Assembly: GCA_041611735.1 (NCBI GenBank)
Contig: JBFIML010000028.1
Span: 1-56,562 of the forward strand
Length of the DNA: 56,562 bases
DNA from: Myxococcota bacterium
Lineage (GTDB): Bacteria > Myxococcota_A > UBA9160 > PR03
Reading direction: 5' to 3'
The translations under genes were made by a program, and so were the position numbers. Below, piece by piece: positions 39,599 through 48,477 of the stretch (position 1 is its first letter; every line of letters begins with the position of its first letter). Below the pieces are notes generated by a model, which ran no database searches, had not been told where the DNA came from, and was given only the letters and a program-made list of their open reading frames with translations.

Positions 39599-40597
39599 AC
39601 GCATCCCCGCGCACACCGCCCGGCCGGCGCCCTGGCGCTCGGCCTGGTCCTCGCGCTCGCCCTCGGTGCACGCGCCGCCGAGTCCCCGGCGCAGGACGAC
39701 GCCGGCGCGGGCAGGCTCAACGGCTTCCGGCTCGAGCCCGCCGCGGTTCCCGTCGAGGAGATCCTGCGCGGCGGTCCGCCCCGGGACGGAATCCCGGCCC
39801 TGACCGACCCCAAGCACGTTCCCGCGGCGGAGAGCTCCTGGAGCCCCGACACCTTCGTGATCGGCGTGGCATTGGGTGGCGAGGCACGTGCCTATCCGAT
39901 CCCCATCCTAAACTGGCACGAGCTGGTGAACGACTCCCTGGGCGGCCAGCCGATCCTGGTCAGCTACTGCCCGCTCTGCGGCACCGGCATCGTCTTCGAG
40001 CGTCGCATGGGACAGACGGTGCGGCGCTTCGGCGTCTCGGGGCTCCTGTTCCGCTCGGACCTCCTGCTCTACGACCAGGAGACCGAGAGCCTGTGGTCGC
40101 AGATCGCCGCGCGCGCCGTGACGGGCCCCTCCCTGGGGCAGCGTCTGACGCCCCTGCGCTCGCGCATGCTGCCCTGGAAGGAGTGGCGCGAGCAGCACCC
40201 GGACACCCGCGTGCTCGACCGGGAGACGGGTCACGCCCGTCCGTATCATCGCTCGCCCTACGAGGGCTACGAGCGCTCCGAGCAGGTCTCGTTCCCGGTG
40301 CCCCTGGACCGGCGCTACCACCCGAAGATGCCGACGCTCGGCCTGCGAAAGCGGGACGGACCGGCGCGCGCCTATCCCGCGGCCGAGCTGGTGCGCGCGG
40401 GCGGTCGCGCTGCCGAGACGTTCGCGGGCTCGGTAGTCGCCGTGAGCTACGACCCGGAGCGCCAGGTGTTCGAGGTGGAGGCGCCGCCGGAGGTGGAGGT
40501 GATCGAGGGCTACTGGTTCGCGTGGATGGCCTTCCATCCCGAGAGCACGGTGTTCGTCGCCAGACCCACGGAGCCGGGCGCGGACGACGGCTCGTGA
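39599..40597 (+). CDS. Exported DUF3179-family protein (CxxC)
   Basis: GGPPRDGIPAL, ARAYP..ILNWHELVND, YCPLCGTG, FGVSGLL, YDQETESLWSQ, YWFAW.AFHP. Start uncertain: ACG 39599, GTG 39548 or CTG 39632. Confidence 0.88.
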   Translation, partial: THPRAHRPAGALALGLVLALALGARAAESPAQDDAGAGRLNGFRLEPAAVPVEEILRGGPPRDGIPALTDPKHVPAAESSWSPDTFVIGVALGGEARAYPIPILNWHELVNDSLGGQPILVSYCPLCGTGIVFERRMGQTVRRFGVSGLLFRSDLLLYDQETESLWSQIAARAVTGPSLGQRLTPLRSRMLPWKEWREQHPDTRVLDRETGHARPYHRSPYEGYERSEQVSFPVPLDRRYHPKMPTLGLRKRDGPARAYPAAELVRAGGRAAETFAGSVVAVSYDPERQVFEVEAPPEVEVIEGYWFAWMAFHPESTVFVARPTEPGADDGS

Positions 40598-40869
40598 GTC
40601 CAGCTCCGCCCCCTCCCCGGGCGCCGCCGGGGGGCCCGGTCCGGCATGGGGCGCTCCGGCGGTGCGTTCGGCAGCCGCCCGGGGCTCGCCCGCCACTCGG
40701 CCCAGGTGTGCTCCAGGGGCCTGCCCGCCTCCCCCGGGTCCTCGAAGCACACCGCCCACCAGCGCCGCCAGGCCCCTGCTGCGCTCTCCCTGCCCGACGC
40801 CACGCATGCCACCCGCATGCCGGCGCTTTCCCGCGCAAGCGCGCTCTCCCTTCCGTTAGTATGGCCGCC

Positions 40870-42297
40870 ATGCTGGGGGGCTACGAGCCGGGCTGGGCTT
40901 CCCTGGCCCCGGCGGCGGTGGCGATCCTCCTCGCCTTCGCCACGCGCCAGGTGATCCTCGCGCTCTTCGCGGGGATCGTGACCGGCAGTGCAGTGCTGGT
41001 GCTCTCCACCGGCCAGCTGGCCGACGCGAACTTCATCACGCGCTTCCTGCTGCCGGCGGTGGGCTCAAGCGCCTACGCCAAGATCCTGCTCATCTACCTC
41101 TGGTGCCTGGGCGGCCTGATCGGCATCTGGGAAACCACCGGGGGCGCCCGCCACTTCGCGGAGACGGTGGGACGCCGGATGGCCCGCGGTCCGGCTTCGG
41201 CGCTCGTCTACACCTGGCTGCTCGGGGTGGTCTTCCACCAGGGCGGCACCGTCAGCACCGTACTGGCCGGCACCACGGCCCGTCCCGTGGCGGATCGCCA
41301 CCGGGTGAGCCACGAGGAGCTGGCCTACGTGGTGGACTCCACCGCCTCGCCGGTGGCCACGGTGCTGCCCTTCAACGCATGGCCCGCCTTCGTGGCGGCC
41401 CTGGTGGTGGGAACCATCCCGCTCTTCCCGGACGAGCAGGCGGGCGTGCGCTTCTTCTTCGCGGCGGTGCCCTTCAACTTCTACGCCCTGTTCGCGGTGA
41501 CCTCGACGCTGCTCTTCGCGGTCGGCCGCCTGCCCTGGGTGGGAGGCACCATGGGTCGCGCGCGGGAGCGGTCGCGGGGCAGCGGAGCCCTGGATGCCCC
41601 GAGCGCGCAGCCCATGCTCCAGGAGCTTCCCACGGAGTGGGTGCCGGGGAGGCCGTACGCACCCAGCCTGGCGGACTTCGCGGTGCCCATTGGCGTGCTG
41701 CTCGGCATGGCCATCCTGCCCTACGTGATCTGGCAGGCCGACTGGATCAACGAGGCCTTCCTCTCCTGCGTGCTGGCGGCGGTGGTGGTGGCGCGCGCGC
41801 GGGGCATGCCGACCCGCGACGTGGTGGACGGCTTCGTGCGCGGCTGCCAGCGCATGACCATCGGCGCCATCATCCTGGGTCTCGCCGTGACGCTCGGCAG
41901 CGTCTCGAAGGAGCTGGAGACCGCCGCCTTCCTGGGCGCCCGGCTGGGCGAACACCTGCCGGAGCTGGCGCTCCCCGCCCTCCTCATGGTGCTGTGCATG
42001 GTGATCGCCTTCTCCACGGGCACCTCCTGGGGCACCTACGCCGTGGTCTTCCCGGTGGCCATGCCGCTCGCCTGGGGAGTGAACCCGGACCCCTTCTACA
42101 TGAAGGTCTGCTTCGGGGCGGTGCTCGGCGGCGCGGTGTTCGGCGACCAGTGCTCGCCCATCTCGGACACCACGATCCTGTCCAGCATGTTCACGGGCTG
42201 CGACCTGATGGATCACGTGAAGACGCAGCTCCCCCTGGCCCTGGCGGCCGCGGGGCTCGGCGCCCTCGTCTCGACCCTGCTGGTCGCGAGCGGCTAG
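40870..42297 (+). CDS. Na+/H+ antiporter NhaC-family transporter
   Basis: WASLAP..VAILLA, SHEELAYVVDSTASP, FSTGTSWGT, GAVFGDQCSPISDTTILSS, DHVKTQLP. Confidence 0.93.
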   Translation: MLGGYEPGWASLAPAAVAILLAFATRQVILALFAGIVTGSAVLVLSTGQLADANFITRFLLPAVGSSAYAKILLIYLWCLGGLIGIWETTGGARHFAETVGRRMARGPASALVYTWLLGVVFHQGGTVSTVLAGTTARPVADRHRVSHEELAYVVDSTASPVATVLPFNAWPAFVAALVVGTIPLFPDEQAGVRFFFAAVPFNFYALFAVTSTLLFAVGRLPWVGGTMGRARERSRGSGALDAPSAQPMLQELPTEWVPGRPYAPSLADFAVPIGVLLGMAILPYVIWQADWINEAFLSCVLAAVVVARARGMPTRDVVDGFVRGCQRMTIGAIILGLAVTLGSVSKELETAAFLGARLGEHLPELALPALLMVLCMVIAFSTGTSWGTYAVVFPVAMPLAWGVNPDPFYMKVCFGAVLGGAVFGDQCSPISDTTILSSMFTGCDLMDHVKTQLPLALAAAGLGALVSTLLVASG

Positions 42298-43633
42298 AGC
42301 GGATCTTCGGGACAGGACTCCGGGGATCGGACGCCCCGGCCCGGCGAGCCGCGAGGGCCTCACGCAGGCCCAGGTAGGTGGTCAGGTCGCGCGCCTCGCC
42401 GAGCGTCCGAAGCGCCGACGCGAGGGCCGGCTCCTCGAGTCCGGCCGAGAGGCGCACCGCGACGCCCTCCGAGACGAGCTGCAGCGGGCCGCGCAGGCCA
42501 CGCGCCCCGAAGTCGTCGAGGCGCAGGGCGGAGGCGGCGACGAACTCCGCCGCCTCGGCGTCGGAGTCGAAGCGGATCCACAGGCCGACCGCGAGGCCGT
42601 CCGCACACTCGAAGACCACGAAGCGGTCCCCGTCCCATCCGGCGGCGGCCGCCTCCGCCTCGGCCCGGGTCGCCCCGCGCTCCTGCAGCCACAGACGCAG
42701 GCCGAGCTCGCCGAGCGTGTCCCGGTGCACCTCGCCGCAGCCGGGAGCCAGCTCCCCAGCGGAGGCCACCTCCAGCAGGGTCGGCGCATCGCGCCGCGCC
42801 GGATCCAGCCAGCGCTCCGGGTGGAGCAGCTGCTCGCTGGAGAGCGGCGGGTCGTGCAGCGCCGCGTCCAGGGCCGGCGGCCCGGCGCGCTCGGCCAGGC
42901 GGTAGGCCAGCGCGTAGCCGAGGGTGTACTGGAGCGCGAGGGGCTCGCGCACCGCGCGGGGAAGGTGCGGATGGGTGGCGGCGAGCCAGCCCGGGCCCAG
43001 CTCCGCGGCGAGCTCCCAGGGCGTCGCCATGCGTCCCGCACCCATGGCGGCCGCGTCTTGCTGCTCGGCCCAGGTGGCGTCCCCTTCGAGCAGGGCGCTC
43101 AGGGCGAAGGCCAGGTCCGCCTCGTCCCACAGCACCGCCAGCAGATCCGCCACGGGCGCGTGCTCGGCCTGCAGCGCATGGACGAGCTCGTGCACCACCA
43201 CGCGCTCGCGTTCCGGATCCCGGTCGGCGGCCGCGTGGGATCGGCCCGACTCGACCACGTAGGTGGTGCGGGTGGCGGGAGAGAAGAAGCCCACGGCCAC
43301 GTCCCCGAAGAGCTCGAGCAGGGCGGGCCGCAGGGCGGTCCCCGGCGGGAGCTGGCCCACGGCAACGCCGGCCCGCTCCACCCGCTCCAGGCGGTCGCCG
43401 GGGAACAGATGCGCCGCCTCCCGGGCCAGTAGAGCCGGCAGCGCCTCCCGGGGCACCTGGCGAAGGGGGACGGGCGAGCCGAAGGCGAGACCGCGGGCCG
43501 CTTCGGCGCGGCGAACGAGCTCGGGAAGCCAGGACGGTGCCAGCTCCGGGTGCAGCGCGGCACACGCCAGACCTGCCGCGGCCAGGACGACGGACAGGAG
43601 CCGGATTCCCGTGCCGGTAGACCGCAGGCTCAT
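42191..43633 (-). CDS. Putative lipoprotein zinc metallopeptidase (HExxH)
   Basis: Lipobox-like AGLA|C, GFFSP, VVVHELVHALQ, ALLEGDA, PPLSSEQLLHPE, DTLGELG, AAGWDGD. Last ~50 aa are low quality and overlap the nhaC-like gene. Confidence 0.8.
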   Translation of the reverse strand: MSLRSTGTGIRLLSVVLAAAGLACAALHPELAPSWLPELVRRAEAARGLAFGSPVPLRQVPREALPALLAREAAHLFPGDRLERVERAGVAVGQLPPGTALRPALLELFGDVAVGFFSPATRTTYVVESGRSHAAADRDPERERVVVHELVHALQAEHAPVADLLAVLWDEADLAFALSALLEGDATWAEQQDAAAMGAGRMATPWELAAELGPGWLAATHPHLPRAVREPLALQYTLGYALAYRLAERAGPPALDAALHDPPLSSEQLLHPERWLDPARRDAPTLLEVASAGELAPGCGEVHRDTLGELGLRLWLQERGATRAEAEAAAAGWDGDRFVVFECADGLAVGLWIRFDSDAEAAEFVAASALRLDDFGARGLRGPLQLVSEGVAVRLSAGLEEPALASALRTLGEARDLTTYLGLREALAARRAGASDPRSPVPKIRSSRSRPAGSRRGRRAPRPPGPGGAASSRDPSGRSP

Positions 43634-43815
43634 GGTCGCACTCTATCGCCCGGGCCCCCGAGATCTTTTCCCCGCGGGGCATGACCGGCAGCCGAAGCTC
43701 CCTCCCCATCGTCGGCTCAAGCGTTTTTGGGGAGCACCCGATCTGTCTGGCGGGGAGCTCCCGACGCGGCCGCGTCGGGGCGCCGGACCTGGTTTCGGGT
43801 CCTGGGGGGAGACCC

Positions 43816-45819
43816 ATGACAGCCCAGTTTCGACCTGGCCCGCGCCCGCGTGCGGTCCTGGGCCCGGCGGCCCTCGCCGTCGTCCTCGGGCTTGCGCTCG
43901 CCGGGGAACCCGCGCGCGCGGCGGACCCGCGGGCGGATCTCTCGCGCCTGAGCCTCGAGGAGCTCATGGAGGTCGAGGTCACCTCGGTCTCGAAGCGCGC
44001 CCAGAAGCTCTCGGAGGCGCCGGCCGCGGTGACGGTCCTGACCGCGGACGACCTGCGTCGCTCCGGTCACACGAGCATCCCCGAGGCCCTGCGCATGGTG
44101 CCCGGCCTGCACGTGGCGCGCATCGACGCCAACAAGTGGGCCATCACGTCGCGGGGCTTCAACGGCCGCTTCGCCAACAAGCTGCTGGTGCTGATCGACG
44201 GACGCAGCGTGTACACCCCGCTCTTCTCCGGCGTCTACTGGTCCGTGCAGGACGTCCCCCTGGAGGACGTGGACCGCATCGAGGTGATCCGCGGCCCCGG
44301 CGGGACGCTCTGGGGCGCCAACGCCGTGAACGGGGTCATCAACATCATCACCAAGCCCGCACGCGACACCCAGGGCGCGCTGCTCTCGGCCGGCGCCGGC
44401 AGTCACGAGCGTGCCTTCGGCACCGCGCGCTGGGGAGGCGCGGTCGGTGAGAACCTCCACTACCGCCTCTACGGCAGGGGTTTCGATCGCGATGCCTTCC
44501 GGACCTCCGGGAACGAGGAGGCCACCGACGGGTGGGACGTGCTGCGGACCGGCTTCCGCCTGGACTGGGAGCTGGGAGACCGGGACACGCTGACCCTCCA
44601 GGGTGACGCCTACGACGGCGACGCCGGCCAGGGCTTCGTGTTCGCGCCCGGCCGCGACCGCATCGACCTGCGCGGGGCCAACCTGCTGAGCCGCTGGACA
44701 CGGAGCCATTCCGAACGCTCCCAGACCATGCTGCAGGCCTACTACGATCGTAGCGAGCGGGAGGAGGGACTGGCCGGCGAGACCCGCGACACCTTCGACT
44801 TCGAGCTGCAACACGACTTCGCGCTCTCGGACCTGCACCAGCTCACCGCGGGCCTCAACTACCGCGTAACCGCCGATCGCATCGACGGCACGCCCTTCGT
44901 CGGTTTCACGCCCGACGCGCAGACCGACAATCTGGTGGGAGCCTTCGTGCAGAGCCAGCGGACGCTGGTTCCCGGGCGCCTATCCGCCACGGTCGGCTCC
45001 AAGTTCGAGTACAACGAGTACACCGGCTTCGAGATCCAGCCGACCGGGCGGCTGTTGTGGACGCCGAGCGAGCGCCACACCTTCTGGAGCGCCGTCTCGC
45101 GCGCCGTCCGCACCCCGTCGCGGGCCGACACGGGCGTCTCCCTGCTGCTGCCGTCCGACACGCCGGGGCTCTTCCTGGCACTCGAGGGCAACCGCCGCTT
45201 CGAGTCGGAGAACCTGCTGGCCTACGAGATCGGCTACCGGGGTCTCCTGCGCCACAACCTGACCGTGGATGCGGCGGCCTTCTACTTCGAATACGACGAC
45301 CTGCGCTCGCTGGAGGTGACCGGCCCGCCCGCCTTCTCGGCCTTCCCGCCGCCGGGCGCCTTCGTGGCTCCGGCCCGCTTCGAGAACCGGCTGGACGGGC
45401 ACTCCTACGGCCTCGAGTTCGAGAGCACCTGGCAGGCCACCCAGCGCTGGAAGCTCTCTGCGGGCTGGACCCTCTTCAAGCTGCAGCTCTCCCGGGACCT
45501 GGACAGCAACGACCCGGTGGCCGAGGGCAACGAGGACGACAGCCCGGCCCACCAGCTCCACCTGCGCTCGTCCCTGGACCTGCCCGGGAACCTCGAGCTC
45601 GACGCCGCGGTGTACTACGTGGGCAAGATCGACGGCCAGAACGTCGGCTCCTACTGGCGCGGGGACCTGCGCCTCGGCTGGAAGGTCCGCGAGGACCTGG
45701 AGCTCGCCCTGGTGGGCCAGAACCTGTTCGACCACGCCCACCCGGAGTACGGCGAGTTCTTCGCGATCCCGACGGAGATTCCGCGGAGCTTCTACGTGGG
45801 AGTCACCTGGCGTCACTAG
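43816..45819 (+). CDS. TonB-dependent outer-membrane receptor
   Basis: Signal peptide, LSLEELMEVEVTSVSKR, plug motifs LLVLIDGR and IEVIRGPGGTLWGANAVNGVINIITK, beta-barrel ending PRSFYVGVTWRH. Confidence 0.95.
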   Translation: MTAQFRPGPRPRAVLGPAALAVVLGLALAGEPARAADPRADLSRLSLEELMEVEVTSVSKRAQKLSEAPAAVTVLTADDLRRSGHTSIPEALRMVPGLHVARIDANKWAITSRGFNGRFANKLLVLIDGRSVYTPLFSGVYWSVQDVPLEDVDRIEVIRGPGGTLWGANAVNGVINIITKPARDTQGALLSAGAGSHERAFGTARWGGAVGENLHYRLYGRGFDRDAFRTSGNEEATDGWDVLRTGFRLDWELGDRDTLTLQGDAYDGDAGQGFVFAPGRDRIDLRGANLLSRWTRSHSERSQTMLQAYYDRSEREEGLAGETRDTFDFELQHDFALSDLHQLTAGLNYRVTADRIDGTPFVGFTPDAQTDNLVGAFVQSQRTLVPGRLSATVGSKFEYNEYTGFEIQPTGRLLWTPSERHTFWSAVSRAVRTPSRADTGVSLLLPSDTPGLFLALEGNRRFESENLLAYEIGYRGLLRHNLTVDAAAFYFEYDDLRSLEVTGPPAFSAFPPPGAFVAPARFENRLDGHSYGLEFESTWQATQRWKLSAGWTLFKLQLSRDLDSNDPVAEGNEDDSPAHQLHLRSSLDLPGNLELDAAVYYVGKIDGQNVGSYWRGDLRLGWKVREDLELALVGQNLFDHAHPEYGEFFAIPTEIPRSFYVGVTWRH

Positions 45820-45868
45820 GGCGGAGCCTGCAACGGTGCAGCCACGCGGCGCGGACGAGGTATCGGCG

Positions 45869-46408
45869 GTGAGGCGGATCGGAGGCATCCTGCTGCTCGG
45901 GCTCCTGGGGCTCGCGGCGCTCCCGGCGTCTGCGAACCCGGCGCGCGAGTACGAGGTGAAGGCCGCCTTCCTGCTGAACTTCGCCCGCCTGGTGCACTGG
46001 CCCGACACGGCCTTCACCGCTCCGGACATGCCGATTCGCGTGGTGTGCTTCGCCCGGAATCCCTTCGCGGGCGCCCTCGAGGCAATCCTGGCCCAGGAGA
46101 CGGTCCAGGGTCGCGCCTTCCGGGTCGAGACCACGCAACGCCTGGCAGACGTGCGCGGGGCCCACCTGGTCTTCGTCCCCGCCGACCAGGCCGGCGCCCT
46201 GGACGACCTGGAACGCACCGTGGAGGACGCGCCCGTGCTCCTGGTGGGCGAGAGCGAGGGATTCGCCGCCCGGGGCGGCGTCATCAACCTCTACACCGAG
46301 GACGGACGCATCCGCTTCGAGATCAACCGCAAGGCCGCGGAGCGCCGGGGGCTGCGCTTGAGCTCGCGGCTGCTGCGCCTCGCGCGCTTGGTGGCGGAGC
46401 AGCGCTAG
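45869..46408 (+). CDS. YfiR-family periplasmic protein
   Basis: Signal peptide, EYEVKAAFLLNFARLVHWP, HLVFV, GGVINL, RIRFEIN..AA...GLRLSSRLLRLA. Confidence 0.92.
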   Translation: MRRIGGILLLGLLGLAALPASANPAREYEVKAAFLLNFARLVHWPDTAFTAPDMPIRVVCFARNPFAGALEAILAQETVQGRAFRVETTQRLADVRGAHLVFVPADQAGALDDLERTVEDAPVLLVGESEGFAARGGVINLYTEDGRIRFEINRKAAERRGLRLSSRLLRLARLVAEQR

Positions 46409-48454
46409 ATGGCGCCCACCCGCCCTTCCTCCATCGGACGTCGCCTGGCCGGGACGCTCTTCCTGACCAGCGGGGTGGCCGTGACCCTGGCCTGCGTCGT
46501 GCTGGTCCTCTACGACACGATCTCGCTCCGGCACGCCACGGCCCGGGAGGTGCTCACCCTGGCCCGGGTGATCGGTCTCAACACCGCCGACGCGCTCCGC
46601 TTCTCGGACCCCGAAGCGGCCCGCCTCACCCTGCAATCGCTCAGCGCGGCGCCGGAGGTGCTCCAGGCGGTGGTCTACGATGCCGCCGGGCGTCCCTTCG
46701 CCCGCTACCGGGCCAGTGCGTCCCGGAGCGGTGAGCTGCCTCCGCCGCCCTCGAACCGCCCCCACTTCCACCGCTTCCACGACCACCACCTGGACGCCTA
46801 CCGCGAGCTCGTGCTGGGAGGCGAGAAGATCGGAGCCATCGGCGTACGCTGGGACACGCGGCCCCTGGTGCGCCGCGTGCAGAGCTATCTCGGCATCGTG
46901 GCGGTCCTGCTACTGGCCGTCTACGGCGTCTCGCGCTGGATGGCGCGGGTGCTGCGCGACCGCGTGGCAGACCCCCTGGTCGCCCTGGCCCACGGCGCCC
47001 AGGCCGTGGCCGAGGGTCGGCTCGCCACGCGCGTCTCCGCCACGGGCGACGACGAGATCGGGACGCTGGCGCGCTCCTTCAACGCCATGGCTGCGGGCCT
47101 GCGCGACCTCGTCACCCGCGTGCGCGAGAACATGGAGGCGGTCAGTGAGGTTGCCGAGGCGCTGCGCGAGGATTCCGGCCGCATCTCCGCCGACGCCGCG
47201 CGCCAGGAGGGCGCCGTGGGGGAGGCGTCGACCTCGATCGGCCAGGTCACCGGCTCGATCCACGACGTGAACGAGAGCGTGAGCCAGCTGGCCGATCGCG
47301 CCCGCGACACCTCCAGCTCGATCGTCCAGATGGACGCCGCCATCAACGGGGTGGCGGCCCACATGGACCGCCTGGCGGAGTCGGCGGAGGAGTCGTCCTC
47401 CGGAGCGCTCGAGATGGCGGCCAAGGTGCGAGAGATCGTGGCGGCCATGGAGAGCCTCGAGGAGGCCACCGACGAGACCGCCGCCCGCCTGCGTCAGCTC
47501 GCGGAGTCCGTGGCGCGGGTCGAAGGCAACGCGCGCGAATCGGGGGATCTCTCCCGCGAGGCCAGCGAGGAGGCGGCGCGCGGCATGGGGGCGGTCGAGG
47601 AGACCATGCTCTCCATGCGCGAGATCCGCAGCAGCTTCGAGCGCATCCAGGGCAACGTGCGCGGGCTCGCCCAGCAGTCGGAGGCGATCGGGGACATCCT
47701 GGCGGTGATCGAGTCCGTGGTGACGCAGACCAACCTGCTGGCGCTCAATGCCGCCATCATCGCCTCCCAGGCCGGAGAGCACGGCAAGCCATTCGCGGTG
47801 GTGGCAGAGCAGGTGAAGACCCTGGCGGAGCGCACCTCCCGCTCCACCCGCGAGATCGCCGCACTGATCCAGGGCGTCCAGAGCGAGACCGCCGCCACGG
47901 TGGGCGCAGTGGAGGCAGGCTCGGAGAAGGTCGCCCAGGGCGTGGCGCGTTCCAGCGAGGCCGGGGAAGTGCTCAAGGCGATCATGGAGAAGGCGGATCG
48001 CACCGCGCGTCGGGTGAGCGAGATCGTGGAAGCCACCGCCCGACAGACCGAGGACATTCGCGACGTGGAATCGGCCATGGCCCGCGTGCGCAGCCTGGTG
48101 GAGCAGACCAATCGCTCCACCCATGAGCAGGAGAAGGTGGGCTCCGAGATCGCCGCGGTGGTGGAGCGGATCCGGGCGCTGGGACTCGAGGTGAAGCACT
48201 CCACCAGCGAGCAGCGCGGTCAGAGCCGGCGCATCACCGGGGCCGTGGAGGCGGTAGCCGGGGGGGTCGACCAGATCCGCGAGGCCACCGAGGCCCAGAC
48301 CCAGGAGAGCGAGCGGATCCATCACGCACTCGGGGTGTTCCGGGAGGTGGCCGCGGAGAGTGCGCGCCGCGGCGAGGCCTTCCACCGCATGGTCAAGACG
48401 CTCGCCGAACGGTCGCGGCGCCTGGAAGAGGCCATCGACCGCTTCGAAACCTGA
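46409..48454 (+). CDS. Methyl-accepting chemotaxis protein with CHASE8-like periplasmic sensor and HAMP
   Basis: TM1, ALRFSDPEAARLTLQSL...AVVYDAAGRPFARY, TM2, HAMP (DDEIGTLARSFNAM), signalling tip QTNLLALNAAIIASQAGEHGKPFAVVAEQVKTLAERT. Confidence 0.93.
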   Translation: MAPTRPSSIGRRLAGTLFLTSGVAVTLACVVLVLYDTISLRHATAREVLTLARVIGLNTADALRFSDPEAARLTLQSLSAAPEVLQAVVYDAAGRPFARYRASASRSGELPPPPSNRPHFHRFHDHHLDAYRELVLGGEKIGAIGVRWDTRPLVRRVQSYLGIVAVLLLAVYGVSRWMARVLRDRVADPLVALAHGAQAVAEGRLATRVSATGDDEIGTLARSFNAMAAGLRDLVTRVRENMEAVSEVAEALREDSGRISADAARQEGAVGEASTSIGQVTGSIHDVNESVSQLADRARDTSSSIVQMDAAINGVAAHMDRLAESAEESSSGALEMAAKVREIVAAMESLEEATDETAARLRQLAESVARVEGNARESGDLSREASEEAARGMGAVEETMLSMREIRSSFERIQGNVRGLAQQSEAIGDILAVIESVVTQTNLLALNAAIIASQAGEHGKPFAVVAEQVKTLAERTSRSTREIAALIQGVQSETAATVGAVEAGSEKVAQGVARSSEAGEVLKAIMEKADRTARRVSEIVEATARQTEDIRDVESAMARVRSLVEQTNRSTHEQEKVGSEIAAVVERIRALGLEVKHSTSEQRGQSRRITGAVEAVAGGVDQIREATEAQTQESERIHHALGVFREVAAESARRGEAFHRMVKTLAERSRRLEEAIDRFET

Positions 48455-48477
48455 AACCGGCACGAGGAGTCGACCCC

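Noticed and set aside
39595-40597. Selenocysteine or stop readthrough linking the sigma gene to DUF3179
   Set aside because: The two genes are in different frames, and the CxxC is encoded by TGC codons with no in-frame TGA.
40510-40860. 102-aa Trp-rich minus ORF (40510..40818) or ncRNA in the gap before the nhaC-like gene
   Set aside because: No family motif or SD, overlaps the DUF3179 3' end, and no recognisable riboswitch. Not supportable, though not excluded.
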